The notes under the pieces: generated by a model
The model's input: only the letters and a program-made list of their open reading frames with translations
Databases searched by the model: none
Told to the model about the DNA's origin: nothing
Made by a program: the position numbers and the translations under genes
Shown here: piece by piece, positions 61,928-64,000 of the stretch
How the letters are laid out: each line of letters starts with the position of its first letter
Position numbering within the stretch: the first letter of the stretch is position 1
Virus record (IMG/VR): IMGVR_UViG_3300045988_055014
Span: 1-64,000 of that record
Reading direction: 5' to 3' (one strand)
Source of the DNA: a virus
DNA: 64,000 nucleotides

Positions 61928-61954
61928 AGGTAGACTAAAAAGTCTACCTTTTTT
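61928..61954 (+). terminator. rho-independent terminator
   Basis: AGGTAGACT (61928-61936) / AGTCTACCT (61941-61949), loop AAAA, followed by TTTTT. Confidence 0.7.
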
Positions 61955-62146
61955 ATTATGTGTGCTTATAAGAACAGCTATTAAAAAAAAGAATCAATGT
62001 ATTCCTTTTAGGTGTAATAAATACAAATATTATTATTTTGCGTTTATAAATTGAGTGTATAAGATAAATAGGAGTAGCTACCTATGAATGCTAGCTAACG
62101 GCTTCTTATACACTCTTTATTATAAGTTAGCATAAAGTTAGTAAAT

Positions 62147-62725
62147 ATGGAAGAGATTTGGAAAGATATACCCGGATATGAAAATTACTATCAAGCTAGC
62201 AATCTAGGTAGAATAAGAAGTAAAGATAGATTGATAATTGTTAATGATTATCAAAACGCGCATGCATATTGTAAAGGATTTAGTTATGTGAGACCAGGTA
62301 AAGTATTAAAAGCTAGAAAAAATATGTGTGGTTATTTAACAGTTCCTATTTGTATTAATAAAAAGACTAAAAGTATATCAGTTCACAGATTAGTAGCTAA
62401 AACTTTTATAGAAAATAAATATAATCTACCACAAGTTAATCATATTGATGAAAACAAATTAAATAATAACATCAATAACTTAGAATGGTGTACAGAACAA
62501 TATAATATGAACTATAATAATCTAGTTAGTAGAAGAGCTTTTAAACAAAGAACTACTAATAGCAGATGTAAGAAAATAATAAGTATTGATAGTGCTGGTA
62601 AAGAAACAGAGTATATTAGTATCCGAGGTGCTGCTAGAGAATTAAATTTGAATCAAGCCAATATTCAAGCTGCTATAAAATATAGCAGAAGATGCGGCAG
62701 ATTATATTGGAAAATTAAAAATTAA
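62147..62725 (+). CDS. HNH homing endonuclease (NUMOD4-type N-terminus)
   Basis: MEEIWKDIPGYENYYQASNLGRIRS...VNHIDENKLNNNINNLEW. Paralogous to 52676..53299. No TAG. Confidence 0.75.
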   Translation: MEEIWKDIPGYENYYQASNLGRIRSKDRLIIVNDYQNAHAYCKGFSYVRPGKVLKARKNMCGYLTVPICINKKTKSISVHRLVAKTFIENKYNLPQVNHIDENKLNNNINNLEWCTEQYNMNYNNLVSRRAFKQRTTNSRCKKIISIDSAGKETEYISIRGAARELNLNQANIQAAIKYSRRCGRLYWKIKN

Positions 62726-62730
62726 TAAAT

Positions 62731-63396
62731 ATGTCACTTAACGAATTAGTTGATGATATTCTATTAGAAGCTAGAAACAACTAGATTGCTGAGAGTGAAA
62801 AGCTCAGTAGATATTAGATAATGTTGTGGATTAAAACCTATCGAGCTTACTTATTAAAACAGAAGTTAGATAAGGGGGAGCAATTAGACTAGATCTTCTA
62901 TTAGACTATACGCATGCATTTGGATAAAATAGAAGAAGACCCAGGCCATGCAGAATACCAAGGAGATAAAGAATTACCGACTTTACTTGGTACTAAACTT
63001 ACTACTTCAGTAATAACAGTAAAGGATGCCTATGGAAACATTATTCAATTAGGTTCTGAAACTAAGATGAAATTCTAGAGATATAGAAAGTACACTTGCA
63101 AAGATTATATTGCATATGTTAAAGGTAATAGGATATATGTAGAAGGTGATGCTAACTAGTTAGAATATGTTGATGTAGAAATAATTGCTGAAGATCCTAC
63201 TGAAGACAAACTGTGTTATGATCCAGATAAGGATGAATATCCATTACCAGCTTATATGTGGGGTACAGTTAAGTAGTTAATCTTTACTAAGGATTTCTTA
63301 ACTATGAGATAGCAAGTATCTGATACTACTAATGATAGTAAAGATGATACTTAGAATGTGATGAATTAGAATGTTAATAGAAGTATAAGACGATGA
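62731..63396 (+). CDS. virion/tail-module protein candidate (TAG read as sense)
   Basis: Frame 1 is open from ATG 62731 to TGA 63394-63396 through about 10 TAG. 221 aa. Invisible in the standard-code track. Confidence 0.5.
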
Positions 63397-63863
63397 ATGA
63401 ATTAAATAAATCAGCTAACAAAACAGTTTCTTATACTATACCTTCATTCTATAACCATTACTTAAGTAGTATAGAACCAGATACAGTATATGATATAGAT
63501 TATACTACTTATAGAAAGATAGTAACAGACTACTTTTATCACTTAAGAGATTAGTTATTAGAAGAAAGTAAAGAAGTTAAATTACCTTATAGAATGGGTA
63601 GTATTCAAATAGTAAAGAAACAACCTAAACATTTAGATGGTAGAAGTCTTAGAATAGATTATAAAGCTACAAAAGAATTAGGTAAACTTACTTATTTACT
63701 TAACGAACACTCAGGATTTTATAAGTATAGACTTTATTGGAATAAATAGGACATGCTAGTGTCTAATAAGAGTAAGTATTAGATTGTACTTACTAGGGCT
63801 AATAAAAGACATCTAGCACAAATAATTAAACAGAATATTCACGATTACGAATAGCAGCCATGA
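63393..63863 (+). CDS. hypothetical protein (TAG read as sense)
   Basis: ATGA overlap start at 63393, 4 TAG, TGA at 63861-63863. 156 aa. Confidence 0.45.
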
Positions 63864-64000
63864 TATATAAAATGACAAGTAGTAAAGCCGTGATTGCTAA
63901 AGTAATTGCGGACTTAGGTTTAAATGAAACTGAAATACCTATTACAGATATACGTCAATGGATTGGAGAAGCCTTAATGAATATAGGTTCTGTTAATCAA
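63860..64000 (+). CDS. hypothetical protein, 5' part only (runs off the window)
   Basis: ATG 63860 overlaps the previous stop (ATGA). The frame is open to the window end. Confidence 0.4.
   Translation, partial: MIYKMTSSKAVIAKVIADLGLNETEIPITDIRQWIGEALMNIGSVNQ

Noticed and set aside
32227-64000. Fragmented late ORFs could mean pseudogenes, frameshift-rich assembly errors or a degraded prophage.
   Set aside because: Every interruption is TAG, with no TAA or TGA. The reading frame never shifts, conserved motifs continue across the breaks, and a tRNA(CUA) is encoded. Recoding explains all of this.

Overview
AT-rich 64-kb segment that reads as a crAss-like (Crassvirales-type) phage of a Bacteroidota host. 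All family calls come from motif recognition by eye; no searches or folding were run. 1-25.4 kb is a minus-strand early/replication arm in the standard code, where TAG is a real stop. It holds an SSB-like protein, an ATPase, a DnaB-like helicase, a family B DNA polymerase split by a group I intron carrying a GIY-YIG endonuclease, tRNA-Arg(UCU), an ECF-type sigma factor and many small ORFs. 25.4-26.1 kb is an ORF-poor divergent switch region. 26.1-31.1 kb holds plus-strand middle genes (dUTPase and others). From about 30.3 kb to the window end, the plus-strand packaging, head, tail and lysis genes are intact only if TAG is translated, most likely as Gln. All interruptions are TAG, never TAA or TGA, and the frame is kept. 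A tRNA with anticodon CUA sits at the border (31185-31257). Main second-look items: (1) a circularly permuted, two-piece tmRNA-like gene with an abutting non-canonical tRNA-like element at 18.6-19.1 kb; (2) a complete diversity-generating retroelement (tail-fibre VR, TR, RT) at 57.8-59.3 kb whose RT gene is itself TAG-recoded; (3) five homing-endonuclease genes, all TAG-free; (4) a 2.15-kb ORF-free block at 10.4-12.5 kb and several repeat families in intergenic regions.
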